Source: Patescibacteria group bacterium
GTDB taxonomy: Bacteria; Acidobacteriota; Aminicenantia; UBA2199
Direction of reading: 5' to 3'
DNA: 64,000 nt
Assembly: GCA_035528155.1 (NCBI GenBank)
Contig: DATKZA010000001.1
Location: 3,444 to 67,443, forward strand
Every line of letters starts with the position of its first letter. Positions within the stretch are counted from its first letter, which is position 1. Below the pieces are notes generated by a model that worked only from the letters and a program-made list of their open reading frames with translations, did not search any database and was not told the DNA's origin. Position numbers and translations under genes: made by a program. Shown here one piece after another: positions 25,573 to 35,318 of the stretch.

Positions 25573-27393
25573 ATGAAAAGTGTTAAAGCGTTTTTGTTTG
25601 TCTTGCTGCTCATGCTGGCCTCGTGGGCCTGGTCGGCGGAAATCCACGATGCCGCGCTCAACGGCGACCTGGCCAAGGTCAAGGAACTGCTGGCCAAGAA
25701 CCCGGCGCTGCTTACGGCCGGAAATGACCTCGGCCGCACACCGCTGCATTTGGCCGCGCACCGCGGCCACGTAAAGCTGGCCGCCTGGCTGATCCAGCAG
25801 GGAGCCGACGTCAACGGCAGGGACAGCAGCTACCAGCTGGCCCCGCTGCACCTGGCTGCCTGGGGCGGCGATTTGGAAACCGTCCGCCTGCTGCTCAAGA
25901 AAGGCGCCGATCTGCAGGCCCGGGAAAAAGACAACGAAAACGCCCTTTACTACGCCGCGCTGAGCCCCAACCTGGAACTGGTCAAGTTCCTGGTGGCCAA
26001 GGGCCTGAAAGTCAGGGACACAGAAAGCTCGGCCGGCAACACGCCCCTTTCCATCGCCTTGCAACGGGGCAACCTGGCCATAGCCGAATATTTCCTGGCT
26101 GCGGGCGCCGACGCGCTGTGCAAGGACCGGGAGGGCAGCACCACCCTGCACATGGCCTGCATGCGGGGCAAACAAGCCCTGATTGAGCTCTTGCTCAGGA
26201 AGGGGGTCGCAATTGACGCCCGCGACAATGCAGGCTGGACACCGCTGCTGCTGGCCACGATATTCGGCAACCGCGAGGCGGTCAAAGTTCTCCTGGCGCA
26301 CGGAGCCGATTCCAACACCCGCAATCAAAACGGTCTTTTCCCGCTGCTCCAGGCCGCAAAAGACGGCGCCAGGGAGATCGCCTTGCTGCTGCTGGCTGCC
26401 GGGGCCAGGGCCGGGGATAGCATGGGTGATACCGGAATCGGCGCACTGCACATGGCCTGTGCCCTGGGCTACGGCGATATCGTCAAGGCCCTGCTGGACA
26501 AGGGGGCCGATGCCAACGCCAAAAGCAAGTGGGGCCATTCCCCTCATGGACTGGCCTACCGCTACGGCCACAAGAATATCGCCGAACTTTTGCTGAGCCG
26601 GGGCGCCACTGCAGAAAAGAGTTTGCCAGAGCCGGCCGGGCCCGAATGGCTGAAAAAGCAGTTGTCCGAAGGCGAAGCCCTGGTCTGGTACACGGACCAT
26701 TCGGGTTGGGCGGTCAAAACTGCCAAGCATTTGCTGGTCTTCGACTACTTCAAACCCGGCCCCGCGCCCGACCAGGCCGGGTTGGCCAACGGCACCCTCG
26801 TGCCTGCCGAGCTCAAGGAACAGGCAATGACCGTGTTCATCTCCCACGGCCACAACGACCACTACACACCGGCCTTGTTCGACTGGAAAAAAGAAATCAA
26901 AAACATCACTTACATCACCGGCTTCAAACTCGAAGGCAAAGAAGGTTATCAAATCCTTAGCGCCCATGAAAAACATGCCATGAACGGCATGGAGATCATC
27001 CCCATCGAATCCAACGACAGCGGCCAGGGTTATTTCATCAAGGTAGACGGGGTTTCCATTTTCCATCCCGGCGACCATGCCAACCGCCAGCGCGACTTCT
27101 CCGGTCCCTTCAAAAAGGAGATCGACTTCCTGGCCGACCAGAGCCTCAAGGCCGACATCCTGTTCGCGCCGGTCAGCGGCTGCGGTTTCGGCGACATCGT
27201 TGCTGTAAAAAAAGGCGACTATTACACCATGGATCGCCTGGCGGCCCGCCATGTGTTTCCCATGCATGCCGCCGGCAACCCGCTCCAATACCAGCTGTTC
27301 GCCAAGGAGGCCAAGGGCAGGGGCTATGAAAACGCGTTCCACTGCGCCGAATTCCCCGGCGATTGCTTTGCAGTAAAGCCTATTGGAAGATAG
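25573..27393 (+). CDS. secreted ankyrin-repeat protein fused to C-terminal metallo-beta-lactamase-fold domain (paralog 1)
   Basis: Signal peptide; ~9 ANK repeats (GRTPLHLAAHRGHVKLAAWLIQQGADVN...); C-terminal HxHxDH-like ISHGHNDHY and HPGDHANR; AAGGAG RBS. Confidence 0.75.
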   Translation: MKSVKAFLFVLLLMLASWAWSAEIHDAALNGDLAKVKELLAKNPALLTAGNDLGRTPLHLAAHRGHVKLAAWLIQQGADVNGRDSSYQLAPLHLAAWGGDLETVRLLLKKGADLQAREKDNENALYYAALSPNLELVKFLVAKGLKVRDTESSAGNTPLSIALQRGNLAIAEYFLAAGADALCKDREGSTTLHMACMRGKQALIELLLRKGVAIDARDNAGWTPLLLATIFGNREAVKVLLAHGADSNTRNQNGLFPLLQAAKDGAREIALLLLAAGARAGDSMGDTGIGALHMACALGYGDIVKALLDKGADANAKSKWGHSPHGLAYRYGHKNIAELLLSRGATAEKSLPEPAGPEWLKKQLSEGEALVWYTDHSGWAVKTAKHLLVFDYFKPGPAPDQAGLANGTLVPAELKEQAMTVFISHGHNDHYTPALFDWKKEIKNITYITGFKLEGKEGYQILSAHEKHAMNGMEIIPIESNDSGQGYFIKVDGVSIFHPGDHANRQRDFSGPFKKEIDFLADQSLKADILFAPVSGCGFGDIVAVKKGDYYTMDRLAARHVFPMHAAGNPLQYQLFAKEAKGRGYENAFHCAEFPGDCFAVKPIGR

Positions 27394-27402
27394 GAGAATA
27401 TT

Positions 27403-28944
27403 ATGTTAAATAAAATTATTTTTATTTTATTGGGAATTTATTTTAGTCAGGGGATTATGCCGGCGCAAACCGATAAGCAGGTGGATAGCATGGCATATAC
27501 CCTTGGGTTTTCTACTTATCTTTCACACACCGACAAATATGCTGCTGGTTTTGATATCTATACCGATAGTGATGGATACACCTATGTTTCAGGGAATACC
27601 AGAGATAAAAATTTTCCAACTACAGAAGGAGCGCTTCAAAGAGAGCTCAAGGGAGAAGCGGACGCTTTTGTGGCAAAATTTACGCCGGATGGTAAAATTG
27701 TATTTGCAACCTTAATAGGCGGTACAAAAAGAGAACATCATACAGCCTTAACAGTTGATAAGGATGGGTATATCTATTTGACGGGAGGCACCCATTCTGT
27801 TGATTTTCCTGTAACCCCCGGAGCATACGATACCAGTTTTAACGGAGAAGGTGAATGGGCCGGCGACGTTTACCTTGTAAAAATAAACCCAACCGCAAGT
27901 GCTATTGTTTTCTCAACATTTATTGGTGGAAAAGTGGAGGAAACAGTAAGTGCCGGGAATATTAAGATTGACTCCAAAGGAAATATCCTTATCGCCGGGG
28001 TCACATGTTCACAAGACTTTCCATCCACAAAAGGGGTTATCGACAATAAATTTACGAAGAATGATTCCTTCCTGTCCAAATTCAGCCCCAATGGCGATAA
28101 ACTATTGCTCTCTACTTCTCTGGGAAACGGGGTAATGGAAATGATTACTGGTCTGGCTGTTGATAACAAGGATAGTATTTATGTAACCGGTTTTACCGTT
28201 ACCCCATATCTTCCGGTAACCAAAAATGCCATTCGAAAAAATATGATTAAACCCAAGGTAGGCGGATATGAGGACGGAATTGATCACTTCATAGCCAAAG
28301 TCAATGAAACGGGCACAAAGCTTCTGTATTTAAGTTATTTTGGTGCCGGAGGCCATATGGGCTCTACTCTTTCCTGGGCTGCTCCAAACAGGTTGGTGGC
28401 GTGCGGCAGCACGAAGGAGGATGGGTTTCCAATCACCGAAAATGCACTGGGCAATATAAGGAGAGGAGAAAGGGATTGCTTTATATCGGTTTTTAATTCC
28501 GATGACATGACACTGGAATATTCCACCCTGTTTGGAGGAAGTGAATCCGATAGTATTACAACCGTATCATTTCTCAACAAAGATACGATCATCATTGGGG
28601 GAACAACAATCTCTCCGAATTTTCCGCTTACTAAGAATGCCCTGTTTTCAGAATTCCCTGTTTTGGAAAAGACATTTAACAATACTTTTTTTGGTCGCAG
28701 GAAATCCTTTATTTCCGTGATTGACATCAAGAACAGCAAACTTCTTTATTCGACCTATTTAGGCGGTTGTTTCCGGTTTCAAATTCACGCAGACAAAATT
28801 GGAAATGTTAGTTTTATTGCAGAAGCAGGGCAGCGCGAAGCTGCCGGAATGACGGGTTTCCCTATTACCGAGAATGCTCTTGAGGAACCACCAACCTATA
28901 TCATGCTGGGACGATTGGTATTAAATAATTTTACTAAACAATAA
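27403..28944 (+). CDS. SBBP beta-propeller repeat protein (secreted, AT-rich gene)
   Basis: Repeated motif ...STFIGG...D.G.GIAVD..GNIYVTG.T.S.DFP.T.GA; marked drop in GC and different codon usage versus flanks. Confidence 0.7.
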   Translation: MLNKIIFILLGIYFSQGIMPAQTDKQVDSMAYTLGFSTYLSHTDKYAAGFDIYTDSDGYTYVSGNTRDKNFPTTEGALQRELKGEADAFVAKFTPDGKIVFATLIGGTKREHHTALTVDKDGYIYLTGGTHSVDFPVTPGAYDTSFNGEGEWAGDVYLVKINPTASAIVFSTFIGGKVEETVSAGNIKIDSKGNILIAGVTCSQDFPSTKGVIDNKFTKNDSFLSKFSPNGDKLLLSTSLGNGVMEMITGLAVDNKDSIYVTGFTVTPYLPVTKNAIRKNMIKPKVGGYEDGIDHFIAKVNETGTKLLYLSYFGAGGHMGSTLSWAAPNRLVACGSTKEDGFPITENALGNIRRGERDCFISVFNSDDMTLEYSTLFGGSESDSITTVSFLNKDTIIIGGTTISPNFPLTKNALFSEFPVLEKTFNNTFFGRRKSFISVIDIKNSKLLYSTYLGGCFRFQIHADKIGNVSFIAEAGQREAAGMTGFPITENALEEPPTYIMLGRLVLNNFTKQ

Positions 28945-28972
28945 TAAATATGCACTAAGATAAGGAGAATTT

Positions 28973-30745
28973 ATGAAACACAACAAAGTATTACTGTTTT
29001 GCCTGCTGCTTTTGTTGGCCATATGGGCTTGGGGCGCCGAAATCCATGACGCCGCGCTCAAGGGCGACCTGGCTCAGGTCAAGGAGCTGCTGGCCAGGGA
29101 TCCCTCGTTGATCAACGCCAAAGGCCATAACGAAAAAGCGCCGCTTCATTGGGCCACCCAGGGCGGGCACATCTCCATCGTGAAGTACCTGCTCTCCCGC
29201 GGCGCGGCCGTCGACGACCTGAACATCCAGAAGGAGACGGCGCTGGTCTACGCCGCCGAGGGCGGCCACCTGAAGCTGGCGGAACTGCTCATCGCCAAGG
29301 GGGCCGATCCCAACGTCCGGACCACACTGAAGGTCTCGCCCATCCACTACGCGATTTGGGCGGGCAAAACCGACATGGTCAAGCTGCTGCTGAAGAAGGG
29401 CGCTGACTACAAGTGGGACCGCGGGACAGGATTCACTCTGCTCCACGAGGCGGCCAACCAGGAATCAACGGAAATCGTCGATATTCTGTTGAAAAAGGGG
29501 TTGGCGGTGGATCTGAAGACCCGGTTCGGCGCCACGCCCCTGCATTACGCTTCCTTGCACGGCACCCCGGAGATCGTCTCCTTGCTGATCAAAAAAGGCG
29601 CCGATGTCAACGCCGTTAGCGAGAACGGTTGGTGGCCGCTGGGTCTGGCGGTCAGCAAGGGGAAAGTGCAAATCGCGGCGCTTCTGCTCGCAGCCGGCGC
29701 CCAGGTGAATCGCCAGGACAAGGAAAGCCGGCTCACATCCCTGCATGTGGCCGCCGCCAAGGGCTACGGAAAAACCTGCGCCCTGCTGCTCGAAAATGGG
29801 GCCGACGCCAACTCCCCGGACAAAGACGGCAGGACCCCCTTGTACTATGCCGATCGCTATCAACAAAAGGGGATATCGGCTCTGCTCAAGAGCAAGGGCG
29901 CCAAGCCGGTCGAGAGGGAAAAGCTTTCCGTTCGCCCCTGGCTGACGGAACCCCTGGCCGACGGCCAGGCCGTGGTCTGGTATCTGGGCCATTCGGGCTG
30001 GGCGGTAAAGACCCGGAATCATTTGTTGATTTTTGATTATTGGAAACAGGATGCCGCCCCCGACGAGCCCGGACTGGCCAACGGTTCCATCAATCCGTCG
30101 GAACTTCAGGATATGAACGTGACCGTGTTCGCCTCCCATGCCCATGGCGATCACTATATGCCGAAGATATTCGAATGGCGGAAAACAATACCCAAGATCA
30201 CCTATATCATGGGCTTTAAGCCCGAGAAGGCCGAAGGGTATACGCTGCTGCCCAACCGGGAGAAAAAGCTGATCGGCGGCATGGAGGTCACGGCCATCGA
30301 GTCCAACGACAGCGGCCAGGGATTTTTCGTCAAGGTGGACGGCATTGCCATCTTCCATCCCGGCGATCACGCCAATCGCAAGCGCGATTTTTCCGGGCCG
30401 TTCAAAAAAGAGATCGATTTCCTGGCCGACCAGGGGCTCAGGGCCGATATCCTGTTCGTGCCGGTGAGCGGCTGCGGCTTCGGCGATATCGTCAGCGTCA
30501 AGAAAGGAGTCTATTATACAATCGACCGGTTGGCGGCCCGCTCCGTTTTCCCCATGCATGCCGGCGGAAACGAAACACGTTATCGGGAATTTGCCAAGGA
30601 AGCCAAAAACGCCGCTTATGATGTTCCTTTTTGCCTGCCCGAATTCAGCGGCGACCACTTCATCATCACTCCAGAGGGAGTCAAAGGTGCGTTTGACCAA
30701 GCGACCGCATGTAAAAAGAACGAAAAAAGCGGCTGCAACCGCTAG
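28973..30745 (+). CDS. secreted ankyrin-repeat protein fused to C-terminal metallo-beta-lactamase-fold domain (paralog 2)
   Basis: Collinear with 25573-27393; signal peptide, ANK repeats, ASHAHGDHY/HPGDHANR; C-terminal domain ~85% identical to paralog 1. Confidence 0.75.
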   Translation: MKHNKVLLFCLLLLLAIWAWGAEIHDAALKGDLAQVKELLARDPSLINAKGHNEKAPLHWATQGGHISIVKYLLSRGAAVDDLNIQKETALVYAAEGGHLKLAELLIAKGADPNVRTTLKVSPIHYAIWAGKTDMVKLLLKKGADYKWDRGTGFTLLHEAANQESTEIVDILLKKGLAVDLKTRFGATPLHYASLHGTPEIVSLLIKKGADVNAVSENGWWPLGLAVSKGKVQIAALLLAAGAQVNRQDKESRLTSLHVAAAKGYGKTCALLLENGADANSPDKDGRTPLYYADRYQQKGISALLKSKGAKPVEREKLSVRPWLTEPLADGQAVVWYLGHSGWAVKTRNHLLIFDYWKQDAAPDEPGLANGSINPSELQDMNVTVFASHAHGDHYMPKIFEWRKTIPKITYIMGFKPEKAEGYTLLPNREKKLIGGMEVTAIESNDSGQGFFVKVDGIAIFHPGDHANRKRDFSGPFKKEIDFLADQGLRADILFVPVSGCGFGDIVSVKKGVYYTIDRLAARSVFPMHAGGNETRYREFAKEAKNAAYDVPFCLPEFSGDHFIITPEGVKGAFDQATACKKNEKSGCNR

Positions 30746-30756
30746 TGGAATTTCTG

Positions 30757-30779
30757 CCGGGGGGAGGAAATCCCCCCGG
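30757..30779 (+). terminator. GC hairpin CCGGGGGGA-GGAAA-TCCCCCCGG after ank-MBL paralog 2
   Basis: 9-bp perfect stem 12 nt after the stop codon; weak T-tract (CCCGTTTCATTG); second small hairpin TGTCCGC-TTG-CGGACA at 30791-30807. Confidence 0.5.
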
Positions 30780-30959
30780 CCCGTTTCATTGTCCGCTTGC
30801 GGACAGTAGTGTGCAAAAATGGACAGAATAAAATCTCTCGGGCGCAAGCAGAAGCAGGAATGTGCAGGGTCCTACCTGTGTTATTTTTCAAATCGCTCTC
30901 GTTTCCAGAAATTGGCACCATTCCTGCTCTGTAATTTTGAAACAAATTAGGAGAATGTA

Positions 30960-33182
30960 ATGATGAATTTCCAAAAAATTCTTTTGACAATGCTGATATT
31001 GATCCTCCCCTGCCTGGCCGGACAGGCGGCAGAACAAAGGATCGGAGAGAACGTGGTGCTGCGCCCGCGGATGACGAGCCAGCCGCCGAAAATCGACGGC
31101 ATCCTTGACGATCCGGCCTGGAGCAGCGGGCCCATTGTCCATGAACCATTCATCACCAACAACCCGGTTTACGGAACCCCGCTGCCGGAAAAAACCGAAG
31201 TGTGGCTGACCTATGATCCCGACAATCTCTATTTCGCATTTTACTGCCATGATGACCCCAAGAAAATCAAAGGCACGCTGACCAAGCGCGACAATATTTT
31301 TTCAGAAGACTGGATCGATGTCGATATCGATGCCATGGGCAACCGCCAATTTACTCTTGAAAACGCCTGCAATCCCCTCGGCGTCCAGGGCGACCTGATC
31401 AACTCGGCCTCCAGCGGCGAAAGCGCCGATCCGGACTGGGTTTGGTACAGTGCCGGCCGTGTCGTGACCGACGGCTATATCGTGGAAATGCGCATACCAT
31501 TGAAAAGCATAAAATTTAAAAGCGGGGAAAACGTGACCATGCACATGGGTTTTTACCGCAATCAAAGTCATTCCGGCACCAACTCCTCCTGGCCGCAGAT
31601 CGACCAGAAGATCGGCTATTTCAATTCCCTGACGCCGGTGGTGTTTGACAAGCTGAACAACCAGCTGCGGCTGGAAGCCCTGCCGTCTGTGACCTACGGC
31701 GGCATCTGGGACCGGCAATCTCCCGAAAAATGGTCCGCTGCCGATGATTCGACCCAACTCGGCATAGGGATAAAGTATGGCATCACCTCATCGGTGAATG
31801 CCGAATTGACCGTCAATCCCGACTTCAGCCAGGTGGAAAGCGACCAATTCCAGGTGGTGGCCAACCAGCGCTATCCGATCTTCTACAGTGAAAAACGGCC
31901 GTTTTTCATGGACATCAACAACCAATTCAATTTGGCCGGCACCAACGGCCCGACCAACATGATCACCGCCGTGCATACCCGCAACATCGTGGATCCGTCC
32001 TGGGGAGGGAAGCTGAGCGGAGAATTGAACAGGTTCTCATTCGGCGTTCTCACTGCCGGCGATGAATGGCCCGGGCGGTCGTTCGCCGATTTTCAAAGTC
32101 CCTTCCCGAATCAAAACGCCAATTCTTTCATCGGCCGCATGAAGTACAGCATGAAAGGCGAGGATTATTTCGGACTGCTTTACAGCGGCAGGGAGTTCGG
32201 CAACAGTTTTAACCGGGTTTTGGCCGGGGATCTGCGTTTGCGGCTGCAAGGCGGCCACAGTATCAGTGTCAACGGTCTCTATACCTTTTCCCGGGAGGCG
32301 GATGCCCCGGAAAAATACGCTGGCGACGCATTTACCGTCCAGTATGAATATGCGCAAAAGCCATTGACCATGTTATTTCTCCTGGAGGGGTACAGCCGGA
32401 ATTTCCGCATGGATTCGGCCTTTTATCTGCAGAACGGCATCACCAAGTTCACCGGCTATATTGCCCCCAACTATTACCCGCGGACGGGAAATGGATTGGG
32501 GATCACCCGGGTGACCCCCATGCTGTATGGATATTATTCCCACAACCGTTTTTCCGGTTTGGACGATATATTTATGCAGCCGGCCATACGCTTCAGCCTT
32601 ACCCGGAACAGTTACCTTGAATTGGATTATACCTATTCCAGGGAAGGCTGGCTGGACAAGATGTACAACCAAAGTTTGCTGGAAGCCTATTGGGCTTCCA
32701 GACCGGCCCGTTGGCTGAACCTGCACGGTTCGGTCAGCTACGGCACCGCCCTGCGCTATGATTTCGTCGATCCTTTCCTGGGGAAAAAAATCAATTTCCA
32801 CATCGGGGCCCAGTTCCAGCCCAACGACCGTATTTCCCAGACTTTCGAATATACCTACCAGGATTTTCATCGCCATGGCGACAGCGAACATGTCTTCGAC
32901 CTGAACATCCTGGTGTCCCGCACCACCTACCAGTTCAACAAATCCCTGTTTGTGCGGGCATTGGTCCAGTACGACAGCTATTCAAAAAAAGTGATCACCG
33001 ATCTGCTGGCTTCGTTCACCCTGATCCCCGGTACCGTGCTTTATGTGGGCTATGGTTCCTTGTACAGGGAACAATACTGGGATGAAGCCAATGCCGCCTG
33101 GAAACGCCAGCCCGGTCCGGGCAGCTATTACCAGACCACCCAAAGTGTTTTTATCAAAGCCAGTTACCTGTGGAGGTTTTAA
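30960..33182 (+). CDS. DUF5916/CBM9-like domain outer-membrane protein (putative beta-barrel)
   Basis: Signal peptide; N-terminal KIDGILDDPAWSSGP...DNLYFAFYCHD resembles CBM9-like DUF5916; C-terminus ends in aromatic residue (WRF); AGGAG RBS. Confidence 0.6.
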   Translation: MMNFQKILLTMLILILPCLAGQAAEQRIGENVVLRPRMTSQPPKIDGILDDPAWSSGPIVHEPFITNNPVYGTPLPEKTEVWLTYDPDNLYFAFYCHDDPKKIKGTLTKRDNIFSEDWIDVDIDAMGNRQFTLENACNPLGVQGDLINSASSGESADPDWVWYSAGRVVTDGYIVEMRIPLKSIKFKSGENVTMHMGFYRNQSHSGTNSSWPQIDQKIGYFNSLTPVVFDKLNNQLRLEALPSVTYGGIWDRQSPEKWSAADDSTQLGIGIKYGITSSVNAELTVNPDFSQVESDQFQVVANQRYPIFYSEKRPFFMDINNQFNLAGTNGPTNMITAVHTRNIVDPSWGGKLSGELNRFSFGVLTAGDEWPGRSFADFQSPFPNQNANSFIGRMKYSMKGEDYFGLLYSGREFGNSFNRVLAGDLRLRLQGGHSISVNGLYTFSREADAPEKYAGDAFTVQYEYAQKPLTMLFLLEGYSRNFRMDSAFYLQNGITKFTGYIAPNYYPRTGNGLGITRVTPMLYGYYSHNRFSGLDDIFMQPAIRFSLTRNSYLELDYTYSREGWLDKMYNQSLLEAYWASRPARWLNLHGSVSYGTALRYDFVDPFLGKKINFHIGAQFQPNDRISQTFEYTYQDFHRHGDSEHVFDLNILVSRTTYQFNKSLFVRALVQYDSYSKKVITDLLASFTLIPGTVLYVGYGSLYREQYWDEANAAWKRQPGPGSYYQTTQSVFIKASYLWRF

Positions 33183-33212
33183 TCAACAGCAAAGGAAACA
33201 AAGAGGCGCACA

Positions 33213-33854
33213 ATGAATTTATTTAAAAAAATGCTTTTTCTCTTGCTCGTACTAATCTGTTTTGGCTGGGGTGATGCCAAGGAGCAGCCGGGCGTACTGA
33301 CGCCGGAGAACGCCAACGAGGCCAGATTGAACCGCCTGCAGCCGCCGGAAAAAGTGCTGGACGCCATCGGCGTTCGCCCCGGCATGGCGGTGGCGGAGAT
33401 CGGCGCCGGCCGCGGCCGCTACGCAGTGCAGCTGGCGGTACGGGTGGGGCCAGGCGGCAGGGTGTATGCCGAGGACATCAACGCGGCTGCGCTGGATCAC
33501 CTGCAGAAGCGCTGTCGGCGCTGGAAGCTGGAAAACGTCGAGGTCATCCTCGGGGATGTGACTGACCCCAAGCTGCCGCCCGAGCAGCTGGACCTGATAT
33601 GGATCGTCTCCTCCTATCATCACTTTGACGATCCGGTCGCTCTTCTGCGCCGGGCGCGAAAAGCATTGAAGCCCGGCGGCCGTTTGGCGATCGGAGAATG
33701 GATCTCGATCAACGAAGTCGGCCGGCACGGCACGACCTCCGAAAACATCGTCAAGCAGATGGAGACCGCCGGCTATGCCCTGGAGCGCATCGAAACGTTT
33801 CTCAAAGAGAATAATTTTCTCATTTACCTGTTTCGCCTGGACGGGGGCCGCTGA
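33213..33854 (+). CDS. class I SAM-dependent methyltransferase-fold protein with N-terminal signal/anchor (paralog 1)
   Basis: Motif I VAEIGAGRGRY, acidic motif II YAEDIN; hydrophobic N-terminus LFLLLVLICFGWG. Confidence 0.65.
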   Translation: MNLFKKMLFLLLVLICFGWGDAKEQPGVLTPENANEARLNRLQPPEKVLDAIGVRPGMAVAEIGAGRGRYAVQLAVRVGPGGRVYAEDINAAALDHLQKRCRRWKLENVEVILGDVTDPKLPPEQLDLIWIVSSYHHFDDPVALLRRARKALKPGGRLAIGEWISINEVGRHGTTSENIVKQMETAGYALERIETFLKENNFLIYLFRLDGGR

Positions 33855-33911
33855 TCGAAAAACAAACTTTTCTGATTGGCTGCAAGGACAAGGACCGTAT
33901 CAAGGAGCAAG

Positions 33912-35318
33912 ATGAACAATCAGGGATATGACGAAAACCGGGCAAAGCCCAAACCGATCCAAAACCACGGCGCCGTAGCCAACGGTCTAAAGCGGGAATT
34001 GGGGCTGTTTTCCCTGACCAATATCGTCATCGCCAACATGATCGGCGCCGGCGCCCTGACCCTGGGGGGTTTTCTGCTGGTGAAATTGCAGAACCCGCTG
34101 CTGATGATGGTTTTGTGGTTCATCGGGGGCCTGGGGGCGCTATGCGGCGCCATCTGTTATGGACAGCTCGGCGCCACGTTTCCGCTGGCCGGAGGTGAGT
34201 ACGCTTTTCTTTCCAGGCTGTTTCATCCGCTGGCCGGATTTTTAAGCGGCTGGATATCCTTTTTTGTAGGTTTCTCGGCGCCGATCGCCGCGGCGGCACT
34301 CGCTTTCGTCGAATACATGGCGCGGGCGTTTCCTTCCATGCTAAACATCGGCATATTCACGGGGCCCGACGCCGGGTTCATCCTGAAAAAATTTTACGCC
34401 ATGGCCGTCATCATCATATTCACCCTGGTGCACCGCCGCGGCGTACGCCTGGGCGCCGGCATCCAAAACGGGCTCACGGTCGTCAAGATTGCCGGGATCA
34501 TCCTGTTCGTTGCCGCCGGGTTTGCCTTCGGGAGAGGAGATCTTGCAAATCTCTTCCAGGGCCGCAGGCTCAACTTCGATTTTGGGCAATGCAAGAGCAT
34601 AGGTCTATCATTCCTGTGGATCATGTTTGCCTATTGCGGCTGGAACGCATCCGCTTATGTCGGATCGGAAGCACGAACCCCGAGAAAAAACCTGCCGCGC
34701 TCGCTCATGCTGGGAACGGCCGCGGTCATGCTCCTCTACCTGGCGCTCAATTTGCTCTATATTTATGCCATTCCCATCGCTGAGGTCACCGCTACCGCGT
34801 CGATTGCCGGCCAGGCGGCGGCAAAATTATTCGGGCGCTCAATGGAGCAAATCGTTTCCGTTTTCATTGCCTTCGCCCTTTTCTCTTCATTGAGCGCCTA
34901 TATCATGCTTGGGCCAAGGGTCTATTTCTCCATGGCCCAGGATGGCCTCTTTTTCCGTTTTGCCGCCCAGGTCCATCCGCGCTTCAAGGTGCCTTCAAAA
35001 TCGATCCTGTTCCAGGGACTGATCGCCGCCGCCATGGTGTGGATCGGCACTTTCGATCAGCTGCTGACCTACCTCGGTTTTGCCCTCGGCCTTTTCCCGA
35101 TCCTGGCGGTCATCGGCGTATTCAAATTACGAAAGCGGCAAATGGCGGCAGGCAAAATTATCGGCTTTCCGATAACGCCGATCTTTTTTATCATGACAAG
35201 TGTCCTGATGCTCGTTTTTTCCTTTCTCGAACGTCCGCATGAATCACTGATCGCGATCTTGACCCTGCTTCTGGGCATTCCGCTTTATTTTCTTGTTTTC
35301 AAGGGGAAGAAAAAATGA
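33912..35318 (+). CDS. APC-family amino-acid permease
   Basis: ~12 TM helices, APC-like N-terminal region; AAGGAG RBS 6 nt before ATG 33912 (listed ORF begins at TTG 33876). Confidence 0.75.
   Translation: MNNQGYDENRAKPKPIQNHGAVANGLKRELGLFSLTNIVIANMIGAGALTLGGFLLVKLQNPLLMMVLWFIGGLGALCGAICYGQLGATFPLAGGEYAFLSRLFHPLAGFLSGWISFFVGFSAPIAAAALAFVEYMARAFPSMLNIGIFTGPDAGFILKKFYAMAVIIIFTLVHRRGVRLGAGIQNGLTVVKIAGIILFVAAGFAFGRGDLANLFQGRRLNFDFGQCKSIGLSFLWIMFAYCGWNASAYVGSEARTPRKNLPRSLMLGTAAVMLLYLALNLLYIYAIPIAEVTATASIAGQAAAKLFGRSMEQIVSVFIAFALFSSLSAYIMLGPRVYFSMAQDGLFFRFAAQVHPRFKVPSKSILFQGLIAAAMVWIGTFDQLLTYLGFALGLFPILAVIGVFKLRKRQMAAGKIIGFPITPIFFIMTSVLMLVFSFLERPHESLIAILTLLLGIPLYFLVFKGKKK

Noticed and set aside
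25555-27342. Long antisense ORFs, e.g. 595 aa on the minus strand opposite the ank-MBL gene. Others include 29465-30847 (-), 2674-3696 (-), 837-1736 (-), 20621-21700 (+), 43008-44063 (+), 55140-56207 (+) and 7731-8681 (+).
   Set aside because: They are typical high-GC antisense open frames. Their products are low-complexity and Arg/Gly/Pro-rich with no motifs. The opposite strand carries well-supported genes with RBSs and conserved motifs.
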